Positions 1-9,968 of a stretch of 49,397 nucleotides of DNA are shown here, piece after piece. The stretch covers positions 1 through 49,397 of the forward strand of contig CAZDTP010000026.1 in NCBI GenBank assembly GCA_964508365.1. Direction: 5' to 3'. The position numbers and the translations under genes were made by a program. The notes below the pieces were generated by a model, which searched no databases, was not told where the DNA came from, and saw only the letters and a program-made list of their open reading frames with translations. How positions within the stretch are numbered: position 1 is the stretch's first letter; each line of letters starts with the position of its first letter. Origin of the DNA: an uncultured archaeon. Its GTDB lineage: Archaea > Asgardarchaeota > Lokiarchaeia > Sigyniarchaeales > SOKP01.

Positions 1-895
1 TTACCTGGTGGTTGCGGAAGGATTTCTACAACAACTTCGATGCAATTTGATAGCGCATCACCATAGGTGTTATTTGCGACCACAATAAAGTAATAGGTTC
101 CATTAGTATATCTACTCAAAGCATGAAAAAGGTCCGTTATTCCATCTCCTAAAAGGGTTAAGCTCCCATTGATTTCCGTAATATAACTAGAATATTCATA
201 CACAGAGTAATTTTGAGCTCCCACTGCACTCGTCCAAGATAAATCAAACGCACCATTATCATCCGGCGTTCCTGCATTAGACGATAATATAAAATCACCG
301 GGAGGAATACCTACAACAACCTCAATACAATTTGATAGCGTATCTCCGTAATTATTATGAGCTACAACTATGAAATAGTATGTTCCATCAGTATAACCAC
401 TCAAAGCAAGAGAAAGATCTGTTATTCCATCTCCTAAAAGGGTTAAGCTTCCATTGATTTCTGTAATATAGCTTAAATATTCATACACAGAGTAATTTTG
501 AGCTCCCGCTGCACTCGTCCAAGATAAATCAAACGCACCATTATCATCCGGCGTTCCTGCATTTGAGGATAATACAAAATTACCTGGTGTTTGCGGAAGG
601 ATTTCTACAACGACTTCGATGCAATTTGATAGCTTATCACCATAGGCGTTATGTGCGACAACTATAAAGTAATAGGTTCCATTAGTATATCCACTCAAAG
701 CAAGGGAAAGATCTGTTATTCCATCTCCTAAAAGGGTTAAACTACCATTGATTTCCGTAATATAACTAGAATATTCATACACAGAGTAATTTTGAGCTCC
801 CACTGCACTCGTCCAAGATAAATCAAACGCACCATTATCATCCGGCGTTCCTGCATTAGACGATAATATAAAATCACCGGGCGGATTTAGTTGTT
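1..895 (-). repeat. Intragenic tandem repeats of about 285/294 bp encoding Fn3-like modules (PGxFxLSSNAGTPDDNGAFDLSWTSA...YYFIVVAxNxYGDxLSNCIEVVV)
   Basis: The anchor aaatcaaacgcaccattatcatccggcgttcctgcatt starts at 241, 526 and 820; ttacctggtg recurs at 1 and 580. Confidence 0.95.
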
Positions 896-3800
896 CATAA
901 GTAAAAAATATTGTAAAATTATCAGTTAAATCGTTTATGCCTTGATATGAGTTATAATATTGTACATCCGCGCCTAAATTTAACCCACATGTATATCCTC
1001 CACCTGTATAGCTAATATAATCATAATTAAAGACGATATCTCCCGATTCATATAATATTACTTCAAATGATCCAACCACAGGACCTGCCGAATAGTGATA
1101 GATATTTAACCATTCTGCAACCCAATAAGTGCCAAAAGATTGCACAAAAATGTTTCCACTTCCTCCACCCGAAGCTGGCCGTAGATCATCCCAAAATGGA
1201 GCGATTAAATAATAACTTTCAAGGTCTCCCGATGGAATTGGATCATTACTATATTCACTCGGAGAAATATCTGTGAAACTAAGATACCCGTTTGCTCCTA
1301 AATAGATTGTTGAAAAGGTTTCATTGTAGAATTGAAAATTAAATGGTAAAGGTTGGTTCGAATACCCATCATCACTTAATAAAAGTTCTGTTCCCCCTGA
1401 AGCATCGATCCAATTATATTCATAATCTATAATCATAGTATAATTATGAAGAGTGCTAAATATTATCAATTCAGTTGCAATATTGTCTACTATATGGGTT
1501 TCACCAGGTACAGGTGGAACATAAGCAGTGAAATTATAGGTTTTATATACATTTGGAGTCCACATATAATTAATAGTTTCATTCGCACCAGCAGGTAAAC
1601 TTGGAAGAGTAGTTGAATTTACAAGTATGTCATCAAGGTATAAAAATAGATTAACACCAATTTCATCATTTATCCCTGTGTTAGTAACAGTTGCATCTAC
1701 GATGTAGGTCTGAGAAATTTCTGGATTAGTTGGAACTTCTAATGACACACTCAAATCATGTGCAATAATCGAAGATGATATAATTGCGTTTCCTTCGCCA
1801 GAAATGGCTTTAGCGACTAAGTAATACTTTCCTGTTTCTGTTGCTGTATAAAATATAATCTCATCCGTTCCTAAGCCACTTGAAGTACTTGAAGCGACCA
1901 TAATAGGTTCCCCTATTGAAGTAGGATTATTTGAGTATAGATGTAAATCGAAATCTGCCCCAACTGGAACATCCAAGGTAAAATTGTAACTTTTTCCTTC
2001 AATGAGGTTTACGTAACAACCGAGCCCATGCTTACTAAAAGGATTATCAAAACTACTTGCGATCCAAGCGTTTTGTGTGGAACCTAGAACTAATTCTTGG
2101 GTATACGCCTCTATTGCTATATCGACGTTAAGTCTTCCGTACCCTTCATGAACATCCTTTCCACCACGATTTAACTGCGGAGAGTATGTACCACTATCCA
2201 TTTCTCTTAATAATGGATAGGTTTCGGTAGCTGACATTAATAATAATGCTTTTACATGTTTGGCTTCTGTACCAGTATAACTCCAACTTTGATGGCCACC
2301 CATAGCTTCAATAAGTAAATTTGAAGCTCCAGCGACAGCAGGAGCTGACATCGAAGTTCCTTGCATACCTGCCATATCATTTGCATATCCATCAGTTGGA
2401 TATGCTCCTTCAGCATCGTTATCGTTAGTATCAGTAGAAAACATCTGTACATCGTAGAGACTTCCACCAGGAGCAGTTATATCAGGTTTAACAGTATTGC
2501 CCGTATATGATAATCCCCCCTGACTACTATAATCAGTTGTTTCGTCATAGATATTCATTGCGGCTACAGTTATTACATTGTCGGCATCTCCAGGAGATCC
2601 TACATTATTCCCTCCTGGACCACTATTTCCAGCTGAAACAACCGTAACAATTCCATTCTCGACAGCATTATTGACCGCGGTGATCATACCTAACTGCCCT
2701 GAGGAGCCTCCAAGACTTAAAGACATAGTAGTAATGTTATAAGCGTTTTTGTTTGTTATTACCCAGTTTATTCCATCAATTATATCTGAACTCCACCCAG
2801 AACCATATTGATCAAGTACTTTAACTCCTACTAAATGGGCATCAGGTGCTACTCCCTTCCATGCATCTCCGCTTCCAAAAAGATTAGGACTAAAAGGCCA
2901 ATGCATTTCACTTCTAAACCTAAAATTGAAATCACTTACATAACCGTCACCAGTATTATCTATAAGATTCATAGAATATCTGAAAGAATAGAGTCCAAGA
3001 GAGCTACTTGTTGCTGTGTATGAAAGAGTATGAGACCAAGAGTCGGAAGCTACTTCATGCGAATCTACTATAGTTTCTCCATAATAAAGATAAGCCCAAA
3101 AATCAACATCATCTAAACCAGGTGTAAAATCATCAAATTCGCAGAAAAGTTCTATCAAACCAGGGTCAGTAACATTAAATCTTGCCCAATTATATAGATA
3201 TGATCCTGGTGTTACATCCCAACCAGTATAATCCCATTCGTACGCAGCAGTAGCAACAGTTCGTCCAGTTCCGTCATAATTGGGACTACCCTCTCCTGCT
3301 GAGATTCCGGAACAATGGGAACCATGACCATTATCATCATAAGGACTAGTTAATCCGTTTACTTCATCTCTCCAACCAACAATTTTGTAATTAAAATCTG
3401 CATCGGCATAACCCGGAGTAGCGAAGTTATGTGAATCATCAATTCCAGTATCAACAATTGCAATTGAACTATATTCATCTCCATCATAAGAAAGAGTGTT
3501 CCACACGTAGGGTCTAAGATTCATATTTCGACCCGCATAATATAGTTGCGCTTCATAAACCATATCTTCCTCGATGAAAAACGGTATGCCATTTTGAATG
3601 AGTAAATCGCAAAATTCATTTAAAGGATTATAACTGATTCTGCCAGCAAACCCATTTAAAGCGGCTTTATAAGTAGATTTTATTTTTCCTCCTAATGTTT
3701 CAAAGAGTAAAGAAATTGAATTATAATCTCCATTAGGGAAATAGATAATTATGGGTATGTCATCTATAGTGATTTTCTCTGTTTTTTGAATGTCATTTTT

Positions 3801-4148
3801 GAATATATCATCATATATATTATTCTTGTCTAAATTTTCTTTATCTCTGTCAAAATTCTCTTCGATAAATCCAAATTCAGATAGCTCTTTTAGCCTAACT
3901 TCAAAGTTATCATCTATTCCATTTTCATTCTTATCTGCTTTTGAATTTTGCTCCTTCCATTTAGGAAGAGATTTTAGATCAAATTGCACATCGCTAAGGT
4001 TAAATTCCATCTCATCATTAGAAGATAATGAATCGTTACTCTCAAATATGTAAAAAGTATTTATAGATTCTAAAGAAGAGAATATAAAGAGCGATATATA
4101 TAATATTAAAAAGATTTTTTTTTTTTTATTAAATTTTAAATATCTCAT
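1..4148 (-). CDS. Large secreted S8 (subtilisin-family) serine protease, 3' end beyond window: signal peptide, propeptide, catalytic domain, PPC-like, CARDB-like and NIDO-like domains, then Fn3-like repeats
   Basis: Translated by hand from ATG at 4148 (MRYLKFNKKKKIFLILYISLFIF...). In one frame: IAIVDTGID (Asp 3450-3452), DDNGHGSHCSG (His 3324-3326), VSAGNSG, GTSMSAP (Ser 2352-2354). No in-frame stop seen before the edge; absent from the ORF track because it has no stop in the window. Confidence 0.93.
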   Translation of the reverse strand, partial: MRYLKFNKKKKIFLILYISLFIFSSLESINTFYIFESNDSLSSNDEMEFNLSDVQFDLKSLPKWKEQNSKADKNENGIDDNFEVRLKELSEFGFIEENFDRDKENLDKNNIYDDIFKNDIQKTEKITIDDIPIIIYFPNGDYNSISLLFETLGGKIKSTYKAALNGFAGRISYNPLNEFCDLLIQNGIPFFIEEDMVYEAQLYYAGRNMNLRPYVWNTLSYDGDEYSSIAIVDTGIDDSHNFATPGYADADFNYKIVGWRDEVNGLTSPYDDNGHGSHCSGISAGEGSPNYDGTGRTVATAAYEWDYTGWDVTPGSYLYNWARFNVTDPGLIELFCEFDDFTPGLDDVDFWAYLYYGETIVDSHEVASDSWSHTLSYTATSSSLGLYSFRYSMNLIDNTGDGYVSDFNFRFRSEMHWPFSPNLFGSGDAWKGVAPDAHLVGVKVLDQYGSGWSSDIIDGINWVITNKNAYNITTMSLSLGGSSGQLGMITAVNNAVENGIVTVVSAGNSGPGGNNVGSPGDADNVITVAAMNIYDETTDYSSQGGLSYTGNTVKPDITAPGGSLYDVQMFSTDTNDNDAEGAYPTDGYANDMAGMQGTSMSAPAVAGASNLLIEAMGGHQSWSYTGTEAKHVKALLLMSATETYPLLREMDSGTYSPQLNRGGKDVHEGYGRLNVDIAIEAYTQELVLGSTQNAWIASSFDNPFSKHGLGCYVNLIEGKSYNFTLDVPVGADFDLHLYSNNPTSIGEPIMVASSTSSGLGTDEIIFYTATETGKYYLVAKAISGEGNAIISSSIIAHDLSVSLEVPTNPEISQTYIVDATVTNTGINDEIGVNLFLYLDDILVNSTTLPSLPAGANETINYMWTPNVYKTYNFTAYVPPVPGETHIVDNIATELIIFSTLHNYTMIIDYEYNWIDASGGTELLLSDDGYSNQPLPFNFQFYNETFSTIYLGANGYLSFTDISPSEYSNDPIPSGDLESYYLIAPFWDDLRPASGGGSGNIFVQSFGTYWVAEWLNIYHYSAGPVVGSFEVILYESGDIVFNYDYISYTGGGYTCGLNLGADVQYYNSYQGINDLTDNFTIFFTYEQLNPPGDFILSSNAGTPDDNGAFDLSWTSAVGAQNYSVYEYSSYITEINGSLTLLGDGITDLSLALSGYTNGTYYFIVVAHNAYGDKLSNCIEVVVEILPQTPGNFVLSSNAGTPDDNGAFDLSWTSAAGAQNYSVYEYLSYITEINGSLTLLGDGITDLSLALSGYTDGTYYFIVVAHNNYGDTLSNCIEVVVGIPPGDFILSSNAGTPDDNGAFDLSWTSAVGAQNYSVYEYSSYITEINGSLTLLGDGITDLFHALSRYTNGTYYFIVVANNTYGDALSNCIEVVVEILPQPPG

Positions 4149-4344
4149 TTTAAATTTCGCCTTTTTTTATTTTTAATAAATCAATTAAAGAGATACAGAT
4201 TAAATTCATTTTTTAATATTTAAATTTTTTCTAGCAAATGAGTAAAATTATATTGAAAAGATAAATGTAGATTACATAAAAATAACAATTTATAGTAGTA
4301 GATTCTAAAATTATTAATAAATATCATTAAAGTTTTTGTTTAAA

Positions 4345-4812
4345 ATGGTAAATAATAAAAATTTAACCCCTTTCGACTTAAGGCATTATCCTATTGTTCC
4401 TTTAGTAGGAGTAGGCGTTCTATTGATTCGAGGTAATTCTTTATTACTCGTTAAACGAAAATTCAATCCAGATGCGGGATATTGGTCGATTCCAGGAGGC
4501 CACTTAGACCTTGGTGAAAGCGTACAATCTGCTGCCGAAAGAGAGGGTTTTGAAGAAACAGGTTTTAAGGTGAAGGTATCTAAACTAGCAGGTATAATTG
4601 ATAAGATTATGTACGACACCAATGGAAAAGTCGAATACCATTATGTTTTGATTAATTATTTCGTAGAACAAATTGAGGGCGACCTAAATAAACCCCCTAT
4701 ACCAGATTCCGATGCGTTAGACGCTAAATTCGTGCCATTTGAAGAATTAAAAACATATAAATTAACCGAATCTTTAATTGAGCTTTTAAAGCAACTAAAA
4801 CTGGGATTTTAA
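4345..4812 (+). CDS. NUDIX hydrolase (ADP-ribose pyrophosphatase-like)
   Basis: Nudix box GGHLDLGESVQSAAEREGFEETGF; ATG at 4345 preferred over TTG at 4336. Confidence 0.9.
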   Translation: MVNNKNLTPFDLRHYPIVPLVGVGVLLIRGNSLLLVKRKFNPDAGYWSIPGGHLDLGESVQSAAEREGFEETGFKVKVSKLAGIIDKIMYDTNGKVEYHYVLINYFVEQIEGDLNKPPIPDSDALDAKFVPFEELKTYKLTESLIELLKQLKLGF

Positions 4813-4994
4813 TAAGTCTATTATTCGATTATTTTTAGATGATTATTAAAAAGTTTCTTGTTGTTGGTTTTTCGCTTTTCTAAACCCATAATATGTAGTA
4901 CTAATTTTACGTAATAGTAAAAATTTATATACTATAATATTGCATTTTCAACCACAACGAAATCTATCTAAAAATTATTTAACAATTAAAAGAG

Positions 4995-5333
4995 GTGGTG
5001 ATTATTACATTACTTTTTACAAGGAACTACTTTCCCCCAGAACAAGCTAGCAAGGTAGGAAAGAAATATATAGATTGGTTAAAAGACAATCCTCCAGATA
5101 AAACAGTAGATAAGACGCTTTGTATTTTAGTATTATCAGCTGAGGACGGAAATATCATGGTTGTAGGTATTGGTCAAATAGCGAAAGGAAAAGAAAAGGA
5201 AGCACTAATGGCAGCTACCAAGCAAAATTTGTTTTTAGCCCGGGAAGTTGAGGGTTTTAAATACAAATCAGAAGTTGTGTTAGATTTCACTGAAGCCTAT
5301 AAGATTATAGGAATGGATGCTCCAGATATATAA
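4995..5333 (+). CDS. Hypothetical 112-aa protein
   Basis: Clean ORF with protein-like composition, purine-rich AGAGGTG at the start and a downstream T-tract; no motif recognised. Confidence 0.7.
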   Translation: MVIITLLFTRNYFPPEQASKVGKKYIDWLKDNPPDKTVDKTLCILVLSAEDGNIMVVGIGQIAKGKEKEALMAATKQNLFLAREVEGFKYKSEVVLDFTEAYKIIGMDAPDI

Positions 5334-5383
5334 ATCCATTTTAATGGATTAGTAATGCAAGATTTAAAACATTTAATTCAAAT

Positions 5384-5400
5384 ATAACTTTTTTTTTTTA
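5384..5400. terminator. Oligo-T/A tract between convergent genes (archaeal-type intrinsic terminator candidate)
   Basis: Long T run at 5388-5398 between the stops of 4995-5333 (+) and 5409-6302 (-). Confidence 0.45.
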
Positions 5401-5408
5401 AATTTCTA

Positions 5409-6302
5409 TTAAAAGAATTTTTTAATGAAATCTCCTATTTTATTGATCCCTTCTATACTTTCTGGTGCCATAACAGCAAATGCTTGAAATACATGAATCA
5501 TTTCCTCCCAAATATCTAACTGCACTTCAACACCTGCCTCTCTAGCTCGTTTTGCTAATCGAGTGGCATCGTCAAGTAGAATTTCTGCGCTTCCAACTTG
5601 AATACAGAGCGGTGGAAGCCCTTTGAAATCAGCGTATAAAGGTGATGCATATGGATTTTTTGGGTCAGTTTTTCCTAAATACAATCTTGCATCGAACATT
5701 AATCCATCTGGGGATACGAAGTGATCTTCGTGAATCTTAAGGTTCATTGAATCTCCAGTTAACGCTAAATCTGTCCAAGGAGAAAGGCAAACTGCAGCAG
5801 CAGGTAATGAAACTCCTTGATCTCGTAATTTTACAAGAGTAGCAATTGTTAAACCACCACCAGCAGAATCTCCCGCAATAATTAAATTTTTGGGCTTATA
5901 TCCCTCACTGTTTATTAGCCATTCATAAGCACGGACTGAATCCTCTAAAGCGGCAGGAAAGGGATGTTCTGGAGCTAATCGGTAACCCAATATCAGCACT
6001 TTCGTTTTTGAGACTTTAGAAATTCTTTGTGCTAAATCTTGATGAGTAGTAATCGAGCCTTCTTTATACCCCCCTCCATGTAAATATAATATCGCACGAT
6101 CTTTAGCGACATCCGGTGTAATCATCCAAGCAGCGGGTACTCCACCTGCATCAATATTTTCTAATTTAGCATCTTTAAAGAGAGGTGTTAATCGTGCCAT
6201 TTCTTCTAATCCAGCACGACTCTCTTCTACTCTTTTCTTTATCTCTTTCTCTCTATTTTTTTTTAGGATATTTATAACACTTTTCATGCCTCTACTTACC
6301 AT
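5409..6302 (-). CDS. Alpha/beta hydrolase, hormone-sensitive-lipase family esterase
   Basis: HGGG oxyanion motif, GDSAGG nucleophile elbow, C-terminal MIHVF His. Confidence 0.93.
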   Translation of the reverse strand: MVSRGMKSVINILKKNREKEIKKRVEESRAGLEEMARLTPLFKDAKLENIDAGGVPAAWMITPDVAKDRAILYLHGGGYKEGSITTHQDLAQRISKVSKTKVLILGYRLAPEHPFPAALEDSVRAYEWLINSEGYKPKNLIIAGDSAGGGLTIATLVKLRDQGVSLPAAAVCLSPWTDLALTGDSMNLKIHEDHFVSPDGLMFDARLYLGKTDPKNPYASPLYADFKGLPPLCIQVGSAEILLDDATRLAKRAREAGVEVQLDIWEEMIHVFQAFAVMAPESIEGINKIGDFIKKFF

Positions 6303-6511
6303 GTGGTTTCACCTAACAACGGAATTTTAATGAAATTCAATAAGTTTAATGATAGTAGTTATATCTAATTGTATAAAAATATTATTGGATGGGTGATTAA
6401 TTATTTTTTATTAAACAAAACAATTTAATTCAAATATTATTAATTTGCATTAAACATTTGATATTAAATTACAAGTATAAGTTTAATGACATTACGAGAA
6501 GGTTCTAAAAT

Positions 6512-7825
6512 TTGTCTACACTAATGAAAATCGCACGTGAAGGTAAAATAACTGAAGAAATGGAAATTGTAGCTAAAAAAGAGCAAATTGATGTAGAATT
6601 CATACGCAAGGGAATAGCGCAAGGACGTATTATTGTTCCAAAATCCAACCAACGCAAAACTGAACCTATAGGGATAGGAGAGGGGCTACTTGTAAAAATC
6701 AACGCTAATGTAGGTTCGAGTAAACGAGTATGCGATATAGCGGGAGAATTAGAGAAAGCTAAAATTGCAGTAAAGTACGGTGCCGATACAGTAATGGACC
6801 TAAGCACAGGGATCAGTGAGGAAGATGTGAAACTTATAAGGAAACAAATACTAGATGAGATTAAGGTCCCAATTGGAACAGTTCCTATTTATCAATCAGC
6901 ATTAAGAGCCCTAGAAAAAAAAGGTGCTGTCATTAACTTTGATGAGGATGATCTCTTTAATGTTGTCGAAGAACAAGCGAAAGAAGGTGTCGATTTTTTC
7001 ACTATTCATGTCGGAGTCACAAAAAATATTGTTAATTACTTAAAAGATCATCCTAGAATGATGGGTGTTGTCTCTCGAGGAGGAACTTTTTTAGCAGCTT
7101 GGATTTTAGAGAATGATCTAGAAAATCCATTCAATCGTAATTACGATTATTTATTAGATATGGCTAAGGAGTATGATTTCACTCTTTCCCTGGGCGATGG
7201 TATGAGACCTGGAAGTATCTTTGATTCAACTGATTATGCACAGATTCAAGAACTTGTGGAAATATCTAAATTAGTAAAGCGTGCTTGGGCACAGAATGTG
7301 CAAGTTATGGTAGAGGGCCCAGGCCACATACCAGCTAATGAAATTGAGAGAAATATTAAAATTATGAAATCTCTATGCGATAACGCACCTTTTTACGTGT
7401 TAGGGCCGTTAGTAACAGATATTGCTCCCGGATACGATCACCTTGTAAGTGCTATCGGTGGTGTTATCGCGGGATTAGCGGGTGCAGATTATCTCTGTTA
7501 CGTTACCCCCTCTGAACACTTAGCATTACCTAATAAGGAAGAAGTAAAGAGAGGCGTAATTGCTTCAAAAATCGCGGCTCACGCTGTAAACATCGCCAAG
7601 TACGGTAAAAAGGTATCAGATTGGGATTACAAAATGGATATCGCAAGAAAAAATCTTGATTGGGAAGGAATGATTAAACACTCAATCGATCCAGAATTAT
7701 CCCGGGAGATCCATTATCGAAATGGAGAGATAGAGAATGATGTTTGTAGTATGTGTGGGGAATTTTGCGCAATTAAAATCCTGCAGGACGCATTAGATAA
7801 ACGAGCGTCGAAAAAAATCCTGTAA
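6512..7825 (+). CDS. thiC: Phosphomethylpyrimidine synthase ThiC
   Basis: KINANVGSS, DTVMDLST, SRGG, LGDGMRPG, VEGPGH, PFYVLGPLVTDIAPGYDH and C-terminal CSMCGEFC (CX2CX4C); adjacent to thiDN. Confidence 0.93.
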   Translation: MSTLMKIAREGKITEEMEIVAKKEQIDVEFIRKGIAQGRIIVPKSNQRKTEPIGIGEGLLVKINANVGSSKRVCDIAGELEKAKIAVKYGADTVMDLSTGISEEDVKLIRKQILDEIKVPIGTVPIYQSALRALEKKGAVINFDEDDLFNVVEEQAKEGVDFFTIHVGVTKNIVNYLKDHPRMMGVVSRGGTFLAAWILENDLENPFNRNYDYLLDMAKEYDFTLSLGDGMRPGSIFDSTDYAQIQELVEISKLVKRAWAQNVQVMVEGPGHIPANEIERNIKIMKSLCDNAPFYVLGPLVTDIAPGYDHLVSAIGGVIAGLAGADYLCYVTPSEHLALPNKEEVKRGVIASKIAAHAVNIAKYGKKVSDWDYKMDIARKNLDWEGMIKHSIDPELSREIHYRNGEIENDVCSMCGEFCAIKILQDALDKRASKKIL

Positions 7826-7856
7826 TAAAGCCAGCAAATATGTTCTAAAAATAATC

Positions 7857-9263
7857 TTACTGTTTTTCTATTGCTGTGATAATTTTTTCAAGTTTTTCTA
7901 TCATATTTTTTGAGTTTTTCCCGAATAATCTGATAATTGGTTCTTTACCCATTGCCCCCTTATCCCATATTATATCAGGTATTTTTCCAGATCGCTCTAC
8001 GCTTTCTTTAATTAACCATTGCATGGTAGAAAATTCTTTTTTTTTGATTTCGAGGGGTTGATTTTCCCTAATTATTTCTTGCAAATCTAAATCAGTGTTG
8101 TGTTGAATTGCTTTTATCCAATCTGGGTTGTACTTCAGATTCGTGACAAAATTAATCGATTTATCGTATTCTTTAGCAGAGAGAATCAAACGTGCAGTAT
8201 GATCTGATACTCCGAATTTGATTTCTCCAGACGCTTGAGGATATCCATTGATTAGAGTTATTCTACCTTCTATAGCAGCAATATCTTCTTGAGTTGTTGC
8301 TGATTGCAGTGATCCAGAAATGTTCATTCTGACTTCCGGAATTAAGATGCTGAATTTCTTCGATTTCGAAATATAATTGTAAACTTCTTTAATTTGGTTT
8401 ATTACTCTAATTTTTGGTTCAGAAAGGGTTAAGTCTACGATCCTTCCTTCATTAGGTAATTCGATGAATTTTTGAAATCGAGAATCAAAGAAAGCTTCTG
8501 CTTTTTCGATAGCTACTCTAATGGGATAACCTTTCGCAAGAAATCCCGTTATTGCAGAAGAAAAAACGCACCCCGTACCGTGAATATTTCCTTTAAGAGA
8601 GAGTTTCGGTTTTGTATAAGTCCTGAAATCGAAATTTTCTTCTCTTTCACCGTTCCTTCCGATGCATACTAAATCAAAGACTTTGTCTATAGTTGTTCCG
8701 GCACTCTTAATAACTACTGCTTTTTCTTCTTTAGGATGTTTACCTTCTATATGTAATTTTTCTACAAGGATTTTGGCTGCATTTTTGAGTTCCTCGATAT
8801 CGGTTTCATGCTTATTAAGCAAGTCCGAGTTAGTGTAAAAACTAGCTTCATTAACATTTGGAGTAAGTATTTTAAGGTGAGGAAACAAATCTCTTTCTAT
8901 TTCCAATTCCAGTCCTTCTCTCGAAATCCTAGCACCTGCGCTAGAAACCGAAACTGGATCTAATACGGTGATTAATTCGTATTTTTTCACATTTTCAACA
9001 ATTATAGCTAAAGCTTTTATGTCGGGAATCATTCCTATTTTGACGTATTTAACTGGGTAACTTCCTAAAATTGAGTCCAACTGGTTATCTAGATCGTCAG
9101 AGAGAGATTTGTATCCTATAAATTCAGTCGCGTTTTGATATGTGATAGCTGTAATTGCTGAGAAAGGATGAACTCCGCATCTATCAAATGTCCTAATATC
9201 TGCTTGAATACCCGCACCAGAGGTAGGATCTGAACCCGCTATTGTTAAACAAAAAGTTTTCAT
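7857..9263 (-). CDS. thiDN: Bifunctional HMP/HMP-P kinase and thiamine-phosphate synthase (ThiD-ThiN fusion)
   Basis: N-terminal IAGSDPTSGAGIQAD, TPNVNEA and HGTGCVFS (ThiD); C-terminal IPEVRMNI, IAAIEGRI, FGVSDH and GAMGKEP (ThiN). Confidence 0.92.
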   Translation of the reverse strand: MKTFCLTIAGSDPTSGAGIQADIRTFDRCGVHPFSAITAITYQNATEFIGYKSLSDDLDNQLDSILGSYPVKYVKIGMIPDIKALAIIVENVKKYELITVLDPVSVSSAGARISREGLELEIERDLFPHLKILTPNVNEASFYTNSDLLNKHETDIEELKNAAKILVEKLHIEGKHPKEEKAVVIKSAGTTIDKVFDLVCIGRNGEREENFDFRTYTKPKLSLKGNIHGTGCVFSSAITGFLAKGYPIRVAIEKAEAFFDSRFQKFIELPNEGRIVDLTLSEPKIRVINQIKEVYNYISKSKKFSILIPEVRMNISGSLQSATTQEDIAAIEGRITLINGYPQASGEIKFGVSDHTARLILSAKEYDKSINFVTNLKYNPDWIKAIQHNTDLDLQEIIRENQPLEIKKKEFSTMQWLIKESVERSGKIPDIIWDKGAMGKEPIIRLFGKNSKNMIEKLEKIITAIEKQ

Positions 9264-9289
9264 ACTATAATATTAGTAAAACTTAAATC

Positions 9290-9865
9290 CTAATTAACTC
9301 TTTCATAAGCCCATTTGGCTTTATCGTCCAAACCTAGAGCTTCATATGCCTTTGCAAGAAATAAAAATCCGTCAGGATAATTATAATTCTCTTTTACTAA
9401 TTTAAATAATTGATTAATGGCAAGATCAAAGCGTCCTCGCATGTAATTTATCTTACCTTTTAGGAATAGAATATCCTGATCTTTTTTATTTGAAATGTTC
9501 TTATCTTCGTGCAATTCTAACCGCGATAAAGCATAGTCATACTCTTGTTCGTTAATTAGGATATTAATAGATTCGATGAATTTTTGAAAAGTCATTTTCG
9601 AGGCAACGACTTCCATTTTTTTTAACTCCTCTTTTTTGAGTTCGTTATCTAATGTTGCTAGCTTCTCATCTTCTCTAAATTTTATAAAATCTTTGAATTC
9701 ATCAAGCACTCCATTTGGATACGGTTCTCTACATAACGGACAATTAGGAGAATGAAGAAGCCATTCCTTCAAACAATCAGAGTGAGCTGGATGCCCGTTA
9801 GGACAATCGTGAGAAGAATCTACGCCTTTAATGATACCCAAATGACAAATTATACAAGTAGCCAT
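9290..9865 (-). CDS. RING-H2 zinc finger plus TPR protein (candidate E3 ligase)
   Basis: C-x2-C-x13-C-x3-H-x2-H-x2-C-x3-W-x6-C-x2-C at the N-terminus; TPR-like helices ILFLKGKINYMRGRFDLAI and FLFLAKAYEALG. Confidence 0.88.
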   Translation of the reverse strand: MATCIICHLGIIKGVDSSHDCPNGHPAHSDCLKEWLLHSPNCPLCREPYPNGVLDEFKDFIKFREDEKLATLDNELKKEELKKMEVVASKMTFQKFIESINILINEQEYDYALSRLELHEDKNISNKKDQDILFLKGKINYMRGRFDLAINQLFKLVKENYNYPDGFLFLAKAYEALGLDDKAKWAYERVN

Positions 9866-9968
9866 GTCAATCAGAAAACTATTTAATAAATTATAAAATT
9901 ATTATTTTTAAGTATATGTTGTTTTTAATATTTCACTCTAATATATTCGTATTACCCTCGAATCGATT

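Noticed and set aside
1-895. Repeats as a CRISPR array or mobile element
   Set aside because: Units are 285-294 bp, in frame and protein-coding, with no unique spacers, terminal inverted repeats or transposase.
1067-4053. Short track ORFs at 1067, 2252, 2835 and 3790
   Set aside because: Antisense or out-of-frame shadows of the long S8 protease frame.
6303-6511. TPP riboswitch upstream of thiC, and a cobalamin riboswitch upstream of the second paralog (46500-46676)
   Set aside because: Both regions are extremely AT-rich and lack the conserved aptamer cores or stable stems.
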